This document shows positions 45,239 to 63,500 of a stretch of DNA of 64,000 nucleotides, piece after piece. The DNA lies in NCBI GenBank assembly GCA_002269645.1, contig NIVC01002221.1:124001-188000 (forward strand), written 5' to 3'. The translations under genes were made by a program, and so were the position numbers. Under the pieces are notes generated by a model. That model made no database searches and had not been told where the DNA came from. It saw only the letters and a program-made list of their open reading frames with translations. The stretch is from Macrostomum lignano. Lineage: Eukaryota. Each line of letters starts with the position of its first letter. Position 1 is the stretch's first letter.

Positions 45239-46702
45239 CATTACTCGAATATCTTTCTGGCCTTTCCCTCTTAGCCCTCAGCCTGATTTCATTCTGATTT
45301 TATTGTACCCTCTCTCTCTCGATCCCGGATCCCCGCCTCTCTCCAGTCTCTCTCTCTATCTCTCTACAGCGCATCATACTTGTATACATTTTGTCCATTC
45401 CTTCATTAATGTCTTGATGCATCGAATAAAAGCATGTTTAAGCAACGTAGACCCAGTGGTAGGAGCAAATTATAGTGCACTCATTATTCATGTACAGTTA
45501 CCGCAGGCGTGTACGAACGTATACGGAATATTCAGCCTAAATTGCCAGCAAATTACAATGATGTTTAAGGTGCAGACGCCTAGTCGGAAGCGCTATATAC
45601 TTAAACACTGATGCGCGGTTAGAGATTCGGATAGAGTTGAACCTATACAGTAGTTGGTAGGTTACCGTCTTACCGATCAGTTCAGACTGCACGGTCACCA
45701 CTAGAGCTGGGGGGGGGGGCGGCAGGTACGGACTGTTTATAGTTTATACAGAAGCGCGAATATCAGCTTCAGTGAGGCGGTTAAATTTCTGCGGCTAGCT
45801 GTAAAGCTTTAGAAGCAGAACAAATTGTTTATTTATTTTTAAAAGAAAACCAAGCAGCGATCGCATGTGTGCAATAAATATCAATTCATGCAGAATGCGT
45901 GTGACAAGCAAAAGGCCCAAAGCCAGGGTAAGTGCACGGTACAAGCTATCTAACTAGCTACTGCTCTGTTACCTGGCACCTCAATGACTAGCCTAGATTT
46001 ACAGACCCAAACCAACAGAATTCTAATCCGATGAAACTAAACAGGAAGAAAATTGTTTGAATAATCTTGAAATTTTATACTTATCATGCTGCGCAAGCAA
46101 CGCTTAGAAACAGGCCCTCTTGTAGCTGCTATGATAAATGATGATGAAATACAGGGCACATACATGAGTCACTCGTAGAATGATTCACTATTCAACCAGA
46201 AGACTACTTCATGTGATGAAAGTTTGTTTGTTGAGCTGTCATCAGTTTAAGCTTCTGTTCTGTTGTTCTGCATGTCGCACAGCGTTATTGCGCAGATTGG
46301 ATTGTGAAAAGAAACAATTGATGAAGCTTTTATGGCGCTTGTGTGAGAAATTTGGTGACGCACGCGACAGATGAAGCAAGAATGAGAAGGCTGGGTGGGT
46401 CCCAGGGCCTGCGTCTGCAAACTGGGTTGGTGAATTCATGCCTGATTGCAGCTGCAATTTGATGAAGCTGATACTCGAGTTCGAGCTCGAGACTTCTATA
46501 ATTGCTTAATAAATCAAAATTCAAAGGACTGGCATCATCGAAAGATGTAGTCGCTAGTTGCATTTGATTTGAACTTTGGACAGAAAGTTTTAGAGTTAGA
46601 CAAGACATCGAATCTCTCCGAGTTGCCTTTGTTACGCTTTTGTATTTCATGTCCTCAAGGTCCCTCGTCTATTGGTTTTTCGTTTACTAACTACCACCAG
46701 AC

Positions 46703-47418
46703 GGGTGGGTTTCATAAACGCGAAACTTCACAACCGCTAAACTTCACAACCGCTAAACTTCACAACCGCTAAATCACATACTTTCACAATCGCTAAATTT
46801 CATAAACGCGAAACTTTACAACCGCTAAGCTTCACAACCGCTAAACTTCACAACCGCTAAATCACATACTTTCACAATCGCTAAATTTCATAAACGCGAA
46901 ACTTCACAACCGCTAAACTTCACAACCGCTAAACTTCACAACCGCTAAATCACATACTTTCACAATCGCTAAATTTCATAAACGCGAAACTTTACAACCG
47001 CTAAGCTTCACAACCGCTAAACTTCACAACCGCTAAATCACATACTTTCACAATCGCTAAATTTCATAAACGCGAAACTTCACAACCGCTAAACTTCACA
47101 ACCGCTAAACTTCACAACCGCTAAACTTCATACTTTCACAATCGCTAAATTTCATAAACGCGAAACTTCACAACCGCTAAACTTCACAACCGCTAAACTT
47201 CACAACCGCTAAACTTCATACTTTCACAATCGCTAAATTTCATAAACGCGAAACTTCACAACCGCTAATTTTTTGCAGTCACTTTCACAAACGCGAAACT
47301 TCATAACCGCGAAACTTCACAACGGCTAAAATTTTTGCACTTACTTTCATATACGACAGTCTTTTTAGCGGTTGTGAAGTTTCGCGGTTGTGAAGTTTCG
47401 CGGTTGTTAAAGCAACCC
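46703..47418. mobile_element. GGG...CCC-terminated foldback-type MITE built from subterminal 16-bp tandem repeats (Merlin- or MULE-like)
   Basis: Left end GGGTGGGTTTCATAAACGCGAAACTTCACAACCGC; right end, reverse-complemented, GGGTTGCTTTAACAACCGCGAAACTTCACAACCGC. Flanking direct repeat CCACCAGAC / CCACCAGAG. Internal AAACTTCACAACCGCT higher-order array. Confidence 0.75.
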
Positions 47419-47437
47419 CCACCAGAGTGATCCGTAC

Positions 47438-48270
47438 TAGGGAATACAAAATCCCGAGTTTTGCCAATCCCAGGATTCACGGGATCGGGATATCCCGGAC
47501 TTTGCCAATCCCGGGATCCCGAAAAATTGGGCCTGGTTGGGATTGAAAAAAATGTCTACTTTTTTTGGTGCAATTTTGGTTTACGAAGCCATCTAATCTG
47601 ATTTTAAAGGACTTTCAATGATAAAAGTATAGAACAGAATATAATATTTTGCAAACAAGAAACTGACAGTGAGCTTTGAATTGGAGTGTGATGTACAGGC
47701 TGGCGTAATAGACGTGCTTTTTTACATACCAGTATCAGCTCAGGAAAATCACACTTGATTGTGATGTAACCTGGAGAATGATACATGTATGGCCCGAGGT
47801 ACTGATACCTGGGTAGAAGGGGATCAGACCTTATCTTTCCAGGGGCACCCGCCCTAGATAGAGAATTGGTAGCTTGGGTTCTAATCCCAACTACGGCCAA
47901 GGAGTAGGGACTGCTTAAAGTATTTCTACATTATTACAACTTAAATATCCTTACGACCTGCTAACAGCTTCTGTTTTGTACCCCTGCCCTGCAGCCCTAT
48001 ATATAGCCTTCTACTCACTAGCCCGCAGGCTCAAAAGATTATTAAATCAAAATATACGACAACTGGATTTTCACCTTAAAAGTAACTCAGCTGCAGATAC
48101 TACTAATCGAGAATGAATGATTAAATTATTGCAAAGCGGGATCGGGATCCCGATGGTCGATCCCGGGATCATCGAATCCCGGACAATTGTGATCCCGGGA
48201 TTTAGGCCGAATAAAAATCCCGGGATTTGGGCCAAATCCTGGGATTTCGGGATACCGGGATTGTATTCCG
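47438..48270. mobile_element. hAT-like non-autonomous element with ATCCCG/CGGGAT subterminal motifs
   Basis: Left TAGGGAATACAAAATCCCG; right CGGGATTGTATTCCG (terminal bases altered). Flanking direct repeat GATCCGTAC (47429-47437 / 48271-48279). Dense ATCCCGGGAT motifs lie near both ends. Confidence 0.7.
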
Positions 48271-49434
48271 GATCCGTACAACTATTTAAGTGAAACAAGC
48301 TCAAAACATCTATTCATTTCCAATTGCAACTTCCTATTCCAACTCTGGGATGTTAACACCACAAAGCTTAAAAATGATTTCAAAGTGGCTTGATTTAGGG
48401 TTAAGCGAAAAAGTCTATGTATGAGGTGAAGATAAAGGTAAAGCAGGAAGAGGAAAATCGCGTTCTCATTTCGATTCAAAATAATCACAGGACAAAATGT
48501 GAGGCTTTTTAATTTATTAAGCTGAGGAATAAGCTTTTCTTTCTGTTCCAAAGCTGTATTTATCACACTACCACTACATGCTGGCCAGCCATGGATTCAT
48601 TCCCGTTACCGCCAAGCCAAATTGCCACAAAGTCCAACTAAACTAACTCCTTTAGAGGGGGGAGCCGGGGAGCTTGGGCCCCCGCCGCAAGGCGCTCAAT
48701 TTCCTACCCCCAAAGCCCCAACCCCGAACCCATACGTGGGGCACCCAACCCCCCAACCAGCCAACAGCAGAGGGACGCCGGGCCCTTCAACCCCCTCCAC
48801 CCCAAGCCATCCGACCCTCCCCTCCCCGTCCACAGGGAGAGGGCTTTATATAAAGTCAAAAGCCCAACGCGCCCCGCTTCTTCGTCATTTTCACTCCGCA
48901 CTGCACAACTGTCCCTGAAAAAGGCCGAAATCTTTTTTCTACTTAAAACTGAGACGTTCGCGCCAGTTTCCCTTGTCGCTTCAAATCCACCCTTGGCCTT
49001 GCCTTGCCATGGACATGTAGCATTGGACTTAACACTGTAGACTGTAGAGAATCGAGAGCCAAACTGCGCAACACCCGACGCATAAATAATATAAGCGCGA
49101 AAGTGAGTCGGTCAAAGGCGCTGCTTGTTTTCCAATAGCATTTCTCTGTTGCTATGAATTGGTATTTTTATGTGCAACTCTGTCAGACCGTGCCGGGGAG
49201 CACCTCTGTGACGCGGGGCCGATGCCGCCTTGTCATGGAGCTGCTCTCTTACCTGCCTGACGTTAATCATCGTTGCTGTACCCCCCCCCCCCTAAATGCA
49301 GCCCATATTCCCCATCGTCATTGCATATGCGGATGCCATACTAGCCATGTAGTGGCTTATTATACTAATATAATACGGATTACGGAACTATCGCTTTCAC
49401 AAGACAGAAAGTATGAAGATCATGTCCTGGCAGC

Positions 49435-50200
49435 CCGATCTCCAGTGGGCTTATCCCCTCTAACAGGCTTATCCCCCCCACCCAAACAGGCTTATCCTGT
49501 CCGAGCTCCAGTGGGCTTATCCCTTCCAACAGGCTTATACCCCCCACCCAAACAGGCTTATCCTGTCCGAGCTCCAGTGGGCTTATCCCCCTAATCACTT
49601 AGCCTTATCCTGTCCGATCTCCAGTGGGTTTATCCCCTCCCCCAAACAGGCTTATCCTGTCCGATCTCCAGTGGGTTTATCCCCTCCCCCAAACAGGCTT
49701 GTCCTGTCCGATCTCCAGTGGGCTTATCCCCTCCCCCAAACAGGCTTATCCTGTCCGATCTCCATTGGGCTTATCCCCCTAATCACTAGCCTTATCCTGT
49801 CCGATCTCCAGTGGGCTTATCCCCTCCCCCAAACAGGCTTATCCTGTCCGATCTCCAGTGGGCTTATCCCCTCCCCCAAACAGGCTTATCCTGTCCGATC
49901 TCCAGTGGGCTTATCCCCTCCCCCAAACAGGCTTATCCTGTCCGATCTCCAGTGGGCTTATCCCCTCCCCCAAACAGGCTTATCCTGTCCGATCTCCAGT
50001 GGGCTTATCCCCCTAATCACTAGCCTTATCCTGTCCGATCTCCAGTGGGCTTATCCCCTCCCCCAAACAGGCTTATCCTGTCCGATCTCCAGTGGGCTTA
50101 TCCCCCTAATCACTAGCCTTATCCTGTCCGATATTCAGTGGGTTTGTCCATCCCCCCAAACAGGCTTATCCTGCCCGATCTTCAGTGGGCTTATCCTGCT
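49435..50200. repeat. 47-bp minisatellite (~16 copies)
   Basis: Unit CTTATCCTGTCCGATCTCCAGTGGGCTTATCCCCTCCCCCAAACAGG, with TAATCACTAG variants. Confidence 0.93.
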
Positions 50201-50553
50201 TGATCAAACCAATTTTGAAGTCATTTTTAAATTTGCGAGTATAATCTAAGCAAGCATCTCAATAAAGCAGCTAAATTATAAGTTTAGCATGCATTGCAAT
50301 ATGCTATAAGATTTGCGTGGAGCAGATGTCAAAAGCACTACTGGAAGTAGGTATTGCTGTATAGGTAGCTCGTAAATATACACGATAAATATTTCGGTAA
50401 GCTCAAAGAAATTTGATGTCTTCACAGTTTAATGTTTATTTAAATAAGTCACTTTGATTATGGGTATATGAGTAGATTTAAAAATAAATAAAAATATCTA
50501 GTGTTATGGAACACACAGAAGCCAACCTGAGTCGGCCTAAAGCATTTCAAAAC

Positions 50554-50963
50554 GGGATAGCGACGTTTGCCAGCCGACATTTGCCAGCCGACATTTGCCA
50601 GCCGACGTTTGCCAGCCGACGTTTGCCTGCGAGACGTTTGCCTGCCGGACGTTTGCCTGTGGGACGTTTGCCAGCCGAAGTTTGCCAGCCGACGTTTGCC
50701 TGCTGGAAGTTTGCCAGCTAAAATTTGCTAGCCAATATAAAGCCAGTCAGTGAAAAATTTGATACTGAAATATTCGCAGTTTAGCGGTTTGACAAAAACC
50801 ATTTTTCACTGACTGGCTTTATATTGGCTAGCAAATTTTAGCTGGCAAACTTCCGGCAGGCAAACGTCGGCTGGCAAACTTCGGCTGGCAAACGTCCCGC
50901 AGGCAAACGTCCGGCAGGCAAACTTCGGCTGGCAAACGTCCCGCAGGCAAACGTCGTAGACCC
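50554..50963. mobile_element. 410-bp palindromic MITE, GGG...CCC ends, 8-bp TSD (Merlin/MULE-like)
   Basis: Arms of ACGTTTGCCAGCCG repeats plus a perfect 48-bp inverted core (50711-50758 / 50801-50848). TSD TTCAAAAC (50546-50553 / 50964-50971). Confidence 0.88.
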
Positions 50964-51829
50964 TTCAAAACAGGTTGATTGCGTGTGTGCAACTGCAACA
51001 GAAAGCATGCCATTGGAGCTTGTGTATTAAACATGCTGGATATTAATCACCAATCACAGGTACAGAGAAAGCATATAAATACAGTAAAGAAAAGCTCCGG
51101 AGCTCCGGATCTCCTATTAAGTGCAGTCATGACAGAAATGCATGCACAGTACATATACATCGACCAAGGACCACTGAAGTCACTTCGTTAAACTTACTTA
51201 AGTAGTCTACTTAAGTATAGTCCTTGACATCGACTCTATCAACCATTTTTATCTAAACTTCAAGACAGGCTTGAGGTAAGCAAACGTGTCTAATTTCAGG
51301 ACATTACCTATTCAGGAGCGCTAGCTATGGGAAGATATTACAGTTGCTCTTCAAAGCAGAGTGTCGGTTCGAGTAGGAACTGCAGGTGTGTATTGTTTCA
51401 ATCAGAAATTTCAGGCTTTGGTTTGAGGAAATTAAAATTTTTATCAAAGGAAAGACAATTAAACGGGAACAATTTTCTTTTTTAACTTTCAATCATCGGT
51501 AGACGTGGGTCAATTTGCAGTTGACATTGCCTCAATATATTCGAGTCACGAACAGACAGCATTTCTGCCTGTTTGGAGGGTGCACCAAACAGAAGATTGC
51601 TTTCAGCATCGAGTTCTTGAGCCTTCCGATCATTTTTTGCAGCAGATGAAGGAACACACGTGAAAAAGGAAGCCTCGACAAAAGCTTAATTTCCTGAGAT
51701 CTAATCGTCATCAAGTCGAGGTCTATCGGCACGCATTGTCTATCTCAGGCACTGAGCTGTAATCTGTATAAATGATTGCCAGGTGAGCCGCCGGAGATGT
51801 GTCGCTAGCTCTGCAGCGCAAGCACCGGC

Positions 51830-52755
51830 ATGGACGCGGCCGATCTGATCGCTCAACGCCGCCGACAGTTCCTAGCTGTGGTCACTTTGCCAATGATTGC
51901 AGCATCAACCATTGGTAACTGCCTGTCCTACATGCTGCTACACCTGTCCAAGCAGACGACCAGCACGTCCTACTACTTACGAGCGCTGGCTGTGGCTGAC
52001 ACGCTCACCGTGCACACGCTATGCTGGCGCTACTTCATCCTGGGCGTCTCTAATATTGATATTTTTGCCCAGACGGACACCGGCTGCAAGGCGCAGATGT
52101 TTGTCAACTATATCGTGTCGGACGTGGCCGTCTGGCTGGTTCCCTGCGTGTCCGTTGACCGGGTGCTCGCGCTCTACTTGCCGCTCAAAAGTCGCCAGTG
52201 GTGCACTCGAAAGGCGGCGCTAGCCGTGCTGGCTGGTCTGACAGTCTTGGCGCTGGCCAAGAACACCATCCTGCTGGTCGGACTGCAGGTTAGTTTTGAT
52301 GAAATGTGAGAAAAATTCAGCATAAATCCAAGCTGGTCCAATAGAATTGACACCTCACAATGCCTGGCTCTGTGTAGGTGAACTACGTAACGGTGAACGG
52401 CACTGTGGTTGATCAGTACTGCTGGGCCGGCCCGGACATGCTGGCGGCTTGGTCGGTGCGCAATGCCATCGCCTTCGCCACGGTCGCCTGCGTGCCAGCC
52501 GGCGTCACGCTGGTGATGAACTGCCTACTTTTTGTTGGCATCAAGCGACGCTTTGTCGCTTCCTCTTCGGGCGGCGACAGCGAGCAGGAGCAGGCGTTGA
52601 AGAACTCCATCCGTCTCACGCTGGCCATCTCGGTGGCCTTCCTGATCTTTCTTGTCCCGTTCTTCACCTTCTTGAACATCAGGCCGACCCTGCCGACGGT
52701 CAGCCCGGCTGACGAAGCTACAAATGAGTTCATTCAAACGGGTCTGGAGATGTGA
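51830..52755 (+). CDS. Rhodopsin-family (class A) peptide-receptor-like GPCR, TM1-TM6 only; 2 exons
   Basis: Exons 51830-52288 and 52378-52755, phase-0 GT-AG. TM1 GN, TM2 YLRALAVAD, TM3 C..VSVDRVLALYLPL (DRY-like), ECL2 Cys, TM5 CVP..N, TM6 FLIFLVP. The stop falls before TM7. Confidence 0.8.
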
Positions 52756-53414
52756 CTGCAATTGAAAAGCCGTTTGCTGGGACAATTACGAGCGTAACTT
52801 CGTAGCATAAAAATAAAGGAATCTGATACGTGCTACCTGTAGAGCAGACTCGTAGCACTGTCAGTTGAAGGATGAATAAACTCGACTGTGTTTAGATTGT
52901 GCTTTCCACATCTGCACTTTTCAGTATACAGGGACTAAATTAAGTACTCGAAAAAGCGGCTCTGAGCAGAAGCTTAAAGCTGATGGGCGTCCAAGCATTT
53001 TCATAGCAACCGAAATGGCAGAAATCAACTTGCATCTGTTCATCTCGTGTAACTACGAGAGCAGGACGGATTATGGCTTAGCGCGCAGCTCAGCTAAAAT
53101 CTCTCGAATACGAACTAATTAGCATGATAATGCATCAAATAAACGGTTAGTATTCCTTTGCGCATCGATCTGTAGTCAATAATTCATATATAATCCATGC
53201 AATTAATCTCTTCCTTCCATGACCATGGCATTCATTCGTTTTCTTCTCCTTGAACAATTCTTTTAAAATCATTCTCCTATCCCGCTTAAGTGTAGACTAT
53301 GGACTCAAATGCACATAGTTGCGATTGCAAGGCACTGTTGAGCGGACTAACTAGTGTACACGTTTGCTGGCATTACTCTGGAAGCGTATAGCGCCAGATG
53401 GAATTTCAGATTAT

Positions 53415-53950
53415 TACAGGAAGTCTTCCTGCAGGTTTTCCTGCAGGAAATTTCCCCGCAATGAAGCTTTCAAATATTGACAGCAAAACGTCGCGACAGG
53501 AAAAAAACTAGTGCTGGAATCTCGGCGGGAAAGCTTTACTGCTGGGGAAAATTACAGCAGGAAAACTTTCTGTGGGAAACCCTCCTGTGGGAAACCCTCC
53601 TGTGGGAAACCCTCCTGTGGGAATCCTCGTGTGGGAAACCCTCCTGTGGGAAACCCTCCTGTGGGAAACCCTCCTGTGGGAATCCTCGTGTGGGAAACCC
53701 TCCTGTGGGAAACCCTCCTTCCTACGGGAAGCCCTCCTGAGGGAAACCCTCTTGTGGGAAACCCTCCTGCAGGAAACCATCCTGCGGGAATCCTCGTGTG
53801 GGAAACCCTCCTGCGGGACACCCTCCTGCGGGAATCCTCCTGCGGGAATCCTTCCCGCGGGAATCCTTCTGCGGTATACCCTCCCGCGGGAAACCCTCCT
53901 GCGCGAAACCCTCCTGCGGGAATCCTCCTGCGGTAAACCCTTACTTTGCG
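53415..53950. repeat. 15-bp tandem array (GGGAAACCCTCCTGT, 53570-53935) with a short inverted copy upstream; possible foldback element remnant
   Basis: The array is directly visible; 53415-53462 resembles the reverse complement of the array start. Confidence 0.8.
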
Positions 53951-54244
53951 GTATACGAATAATAGATTGATTCAATAATTTGGTTTATATCGTTGTCTAT
54001 CCTGCAATCGTACGAGTACTTTTACACATGCTAACATTTAAGTCTTTCATCCATCGGGAAGACTTGGCCGTATTGATAATTTTCTGAGTAACTCAGTAAA
54101 TGTTTAAGCTGCGATGTTCACTTTCACCACTACTCAAATGAAGCCAGCCTTGCTTCATTTACAGTACGTACAAGTACGCTAGTACAAAACTGGGGAAAAT
54201 GCAAATATCAATGATGAATGCTTAGTATCGACGCTACTATTCCT

Positions 54245-54765
54245 ATCCACCCGATCACTAGTGAGTCCACCCCACCACTAATGAGTCCACCCGATCACTA
54301 ATGAGTCCACCCCACCACTAACGAGTCCACACGATCACTAATGAGTCCACCCCACCACTAATGAGTCCACCGGATCACTAATGAGTCCACCCGATCACTA
54401 ATGAGTCCACCCGATCACTAATGAGTCCACCCGATCACTAATGAGTCCACTCGATCACTAATGAGTCCACCCGATCACTAATGAGTCCACCCGATCACTA
54501 ATGAGTCCACCCCACCACTAATGAGTCCACCCCACCACTAATGAGTCCACCCGATCACTAATGAGTCCACCCGATCACTAATGAGTCCACCCGATCACTA
54601 ATGAGTCCACCCGATCACTAATGAGTCCACCCGATCACTAATGAGTCCACCCGATCACTAATGAGTCCACCCCACCACTAATGAGTCCACCCGATCACTA
54701 ATGAGTCCACCCGATCACTAATGAGTCCACCCGATCACTAATGAGTCCATACCATCACCAATGAG
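54245..54765. repeat. 20-bp minisatellite (~26 copies)
   Basis: Unit ATGAGTCCACCCGATCACTA. Confidence 0.95.
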
Positions 54766-55214
54766 CATCTAAAAACAGGCAAATCATAGTTTTTACTTCA
54801 AACTGTTGAACAGAGTGCGTTAAGGATTAGCAAGCCCCTGATTTGACACAACAACGCACAAACTGGAGTACAAATTTATTTTGAATTACACAAATTTGAT
54901 ATACAGCTGTATATGTAATATACAGCAGAATAAAATATAATTAACACTACAGGCCAATGGTTTGCTATTTGGCAGTTAAAGAGTCAGTTTATAAAAAGCG
55001 CAACATGAAATGGGAAAACGTGCACTCATCTTTTAAAAAATAAAAATAAGCACAGCACGCAATCGTCATTTAAAACAACCTTTAAAGCGAATCTGTAACA
55101 TGCCCTGATCAGCGCAGTCGTCATCATTTTATAGTTATTAAGCAAATTAACCACTAGTTTTAGTCGAAGCAAAATAGGGAGATCATATACAGCTTTCAGA
55201 GATCCATTTTAGTC

Positions 55215-55510
55215 CTCCAAATTGGCTAGATTAGCAATCCATTTTAATAATCCATGTTGGCTAGATTAGCAATCCATTTTAATAATTCATGCTGGTTAGA
55301 TTAGCAATCCATTCTAGCCATAAATTCCTAGTTGGCTAGATTAGCAATCCATTCTATTCCTAAATTCATAGTTGGCTAGATTAGCAATCCATTTTAATAA
55401 TCCATGTTGGCTGGATTAGCAATCCTTTTACTAATTCATGTTGGCTAGATTAGCAATCCATTATATTCCTAAAGTAATAGTTGGCTGGATTAGCAATCCA
55501 TTAGATTCTA
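55215..55510. repeat. Degenerate tandem repeat with TTGGCTAGATTAGCAATCCATT core
   Basis: About eight copies of the core with variable spacers. Confidence 0.85.
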
Positions 55511-56224
55511 TTCCTGAATTTAAAATAAAAATTTGTGTTTTTTTTGGTGTGTTTTCAGGTTATTATATTGCGTTAAAAGAATTTCATATAAACAAAAAAT
55601 TAAATACTTATACATTAAAGTTCTACTTAAAGTAATATAAAAATAGGACATGAGAAAACAGCTGAGAGTCACCAATTCACTGATAAATTTGTATTGAGTA
55701 GAAAAAGCACAGGTAATTAATCATTTTAGTGTCTATATAATTTCGACTAGCAGCTAATTATAATTTTTAGCAAAAATATTTTACAGGAAAGCGAAAAGCG
55801 CCAATTATAAGAGATGCTTTATATGCATTAAATTAAATGAGGCCATAGTAATAATCTATATATTAAAATATTTAATAAACGTACACTTGTAATATTTCAG
55901 AAACGACTTTCAAAAACTGGTTGGAAAATGGATAGTTAAAGTTTTGCAGTTAAAACTGTATGGAAGCAAGCAGTTATAATACTATGAATAAATCATGCCA
56001 AGCGTATATTGTAGTAAGCAATTTACAATAGACATTATATATTATTGTTTGCATTTATTTAGGTGGGCTGCAAAAACAAGGGGCACTGGCCATTCGGTAT
56101 TACAGTACATTCCGGGCCTATCTGCAGTTGGTTGTGTACAAAGTTTATTCATAAGTCGTACATTTGGAATTCGATCAGATGTAAATTGAAGTTGCACTAG
56201 GATTACAATGTTCGGTTTCTGGTG

Positions 56225-56850
56225 CTTGGTTTGGGGCTGGAGTAGAGGATGTACACTGGGGGCTGGAGCAGATGGTGTACACTGGGGTCTGGAGCAGAGG
56301 ATGCACATTGAGAACTGGGGCAGAGGGTGTACATTGAGAACTGGGGCAGAGGGTGTACATTGAGAACTGGGGCAGAGGGTGTACATTGAGCCTGGAGCAC
56401 AGGATGCACATTGAGCCTGGAGCACAGGATGTACACTGGGGTCTAGAGCAGAGGATGTACACTGGGGTCTGGAGCAGAGGATGTACACTGGGGTCTGGAG
56501 CAGAGGATGTACACTGGGGGCTGGAGCAGAGGATGTACACTGGGGGCTGGAGCAGAGGATGTACACTGGGGGCTGGAGCAGAGGATGTACACTGGGGGCT
56601 GGAGCAGAGGATGTACACTGGGGGCTGGAGCAGAGGATGTACACTGGGGGCTGGAGCAGAGGATGTACACTGGGGGCTGGAGCAGAGGATGTACACTGGG
56701 GGCTGGAGCAGAGGATGTACACTGGGGGCTGGAGCAGAGGATGTACACTGGGGGCTGGAGCAGAGGATGTACACTGGGGGCTGGAGCAGAGTATGTACAC
56801 TGGGGGCTGGAGCAGAGGATGTACACTGGGGGCTGGAGCAGAGGGTGCAC
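56225..56850. repeat. 26-bp minisatellite (~24 copies)
   Basis: Unit GATGTACACTGGGGGCTGGAGCAGAG; the source of several spurious ORFs. Confidence 0.95.
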
Positions 56851-57254
56851 ATACGAGTGGTTCAATACATTAGGTAAAAGCTCCGATGGCAGAAGCGGTA
56901 CTGCAAATGAGGAATATTCAGATCCGTTCCTAATTAGATTGGCTCAGCATCGAACACTGATAGAAATCACGCCAATATTGGGACGATGAATATGGCACTC
57001 GATTAGCAAATTAAGATAAAAACCGAGAAAAAATGAAAAGCGAAAAAAGAAAAAAATCTGGAATAAAAAGCACAGGGTTTAAGCCGGAAATTAGGTTTAC
57101 AGTAGAGCAGAGCACTTGCAGAGACATTAAACACGGGATGCAATAATAGCAAAATAATTCATTTATATTACTTGCAGTAGAATGAACAGACAAAGCCAAC
57201 AATTGAAGTGAATGAAATGATCACAGACAGGCAGTCAGCAGTTTGGGTGTGAAG

Positions 57255-62926
<5,672 letters not shown>

Positions 62927-63500
62927 CTAGTTGGTTTAATCGAAATTTGTAATTAATTTACACCTATAGATGGGCCAATAGTTACGTGGGCTAATAGATG
63001 TGCTAAATGCTAATAGTGTGAAAAGTTACCTATAACATTAATAGTAGGTGTGAGTACTGAAGGCCTAAGATGGTTAGCAGCTGTCAGTGAAGGATTAGTA
63101 GAAATAGGATTCTAAGAAAGGATTCTAAAAATCAATAACTCTGATTGAAAGAAAAATTTATCAAATAAAGAATAACTTACTGACAATAGACAGTTGAAAT
63201 GCATTGTTGTCAGTTGCACTAGTCATTTTTAATACTCACTTAAATCATGAAAAAGAGAATACAGTTAACTATTATGAAAAGACATGCATAGAAAGAATTG
63301 TTAATATCCAAAGCCTATAAACTAGCAGGATCTTATTGTATGATTTGTAGGATTTTATTATAGTTAAAATAACATACAAATAAATATAAATCGGGTTAAA
63401 ATCTTATAAAATAGATCTTTTGTAATGATTTTTATTATTAGTTGATAAAAAGTTTCTAGTATAAATTTGAATTTACAACTAGGTTTGTATATATGCCCAT

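Noticed and set aside
46330-46650. 106-aa minus-strand ORF with a helical-looking segment (also 43232-43530 and 51532-51732)
   Set aside because: No recognisable domain and no consistent exon chain could be built.
56042-56989. Overlapping ORFs on both strands
   Set aside because: They arise from the 26-bp minisatellite.
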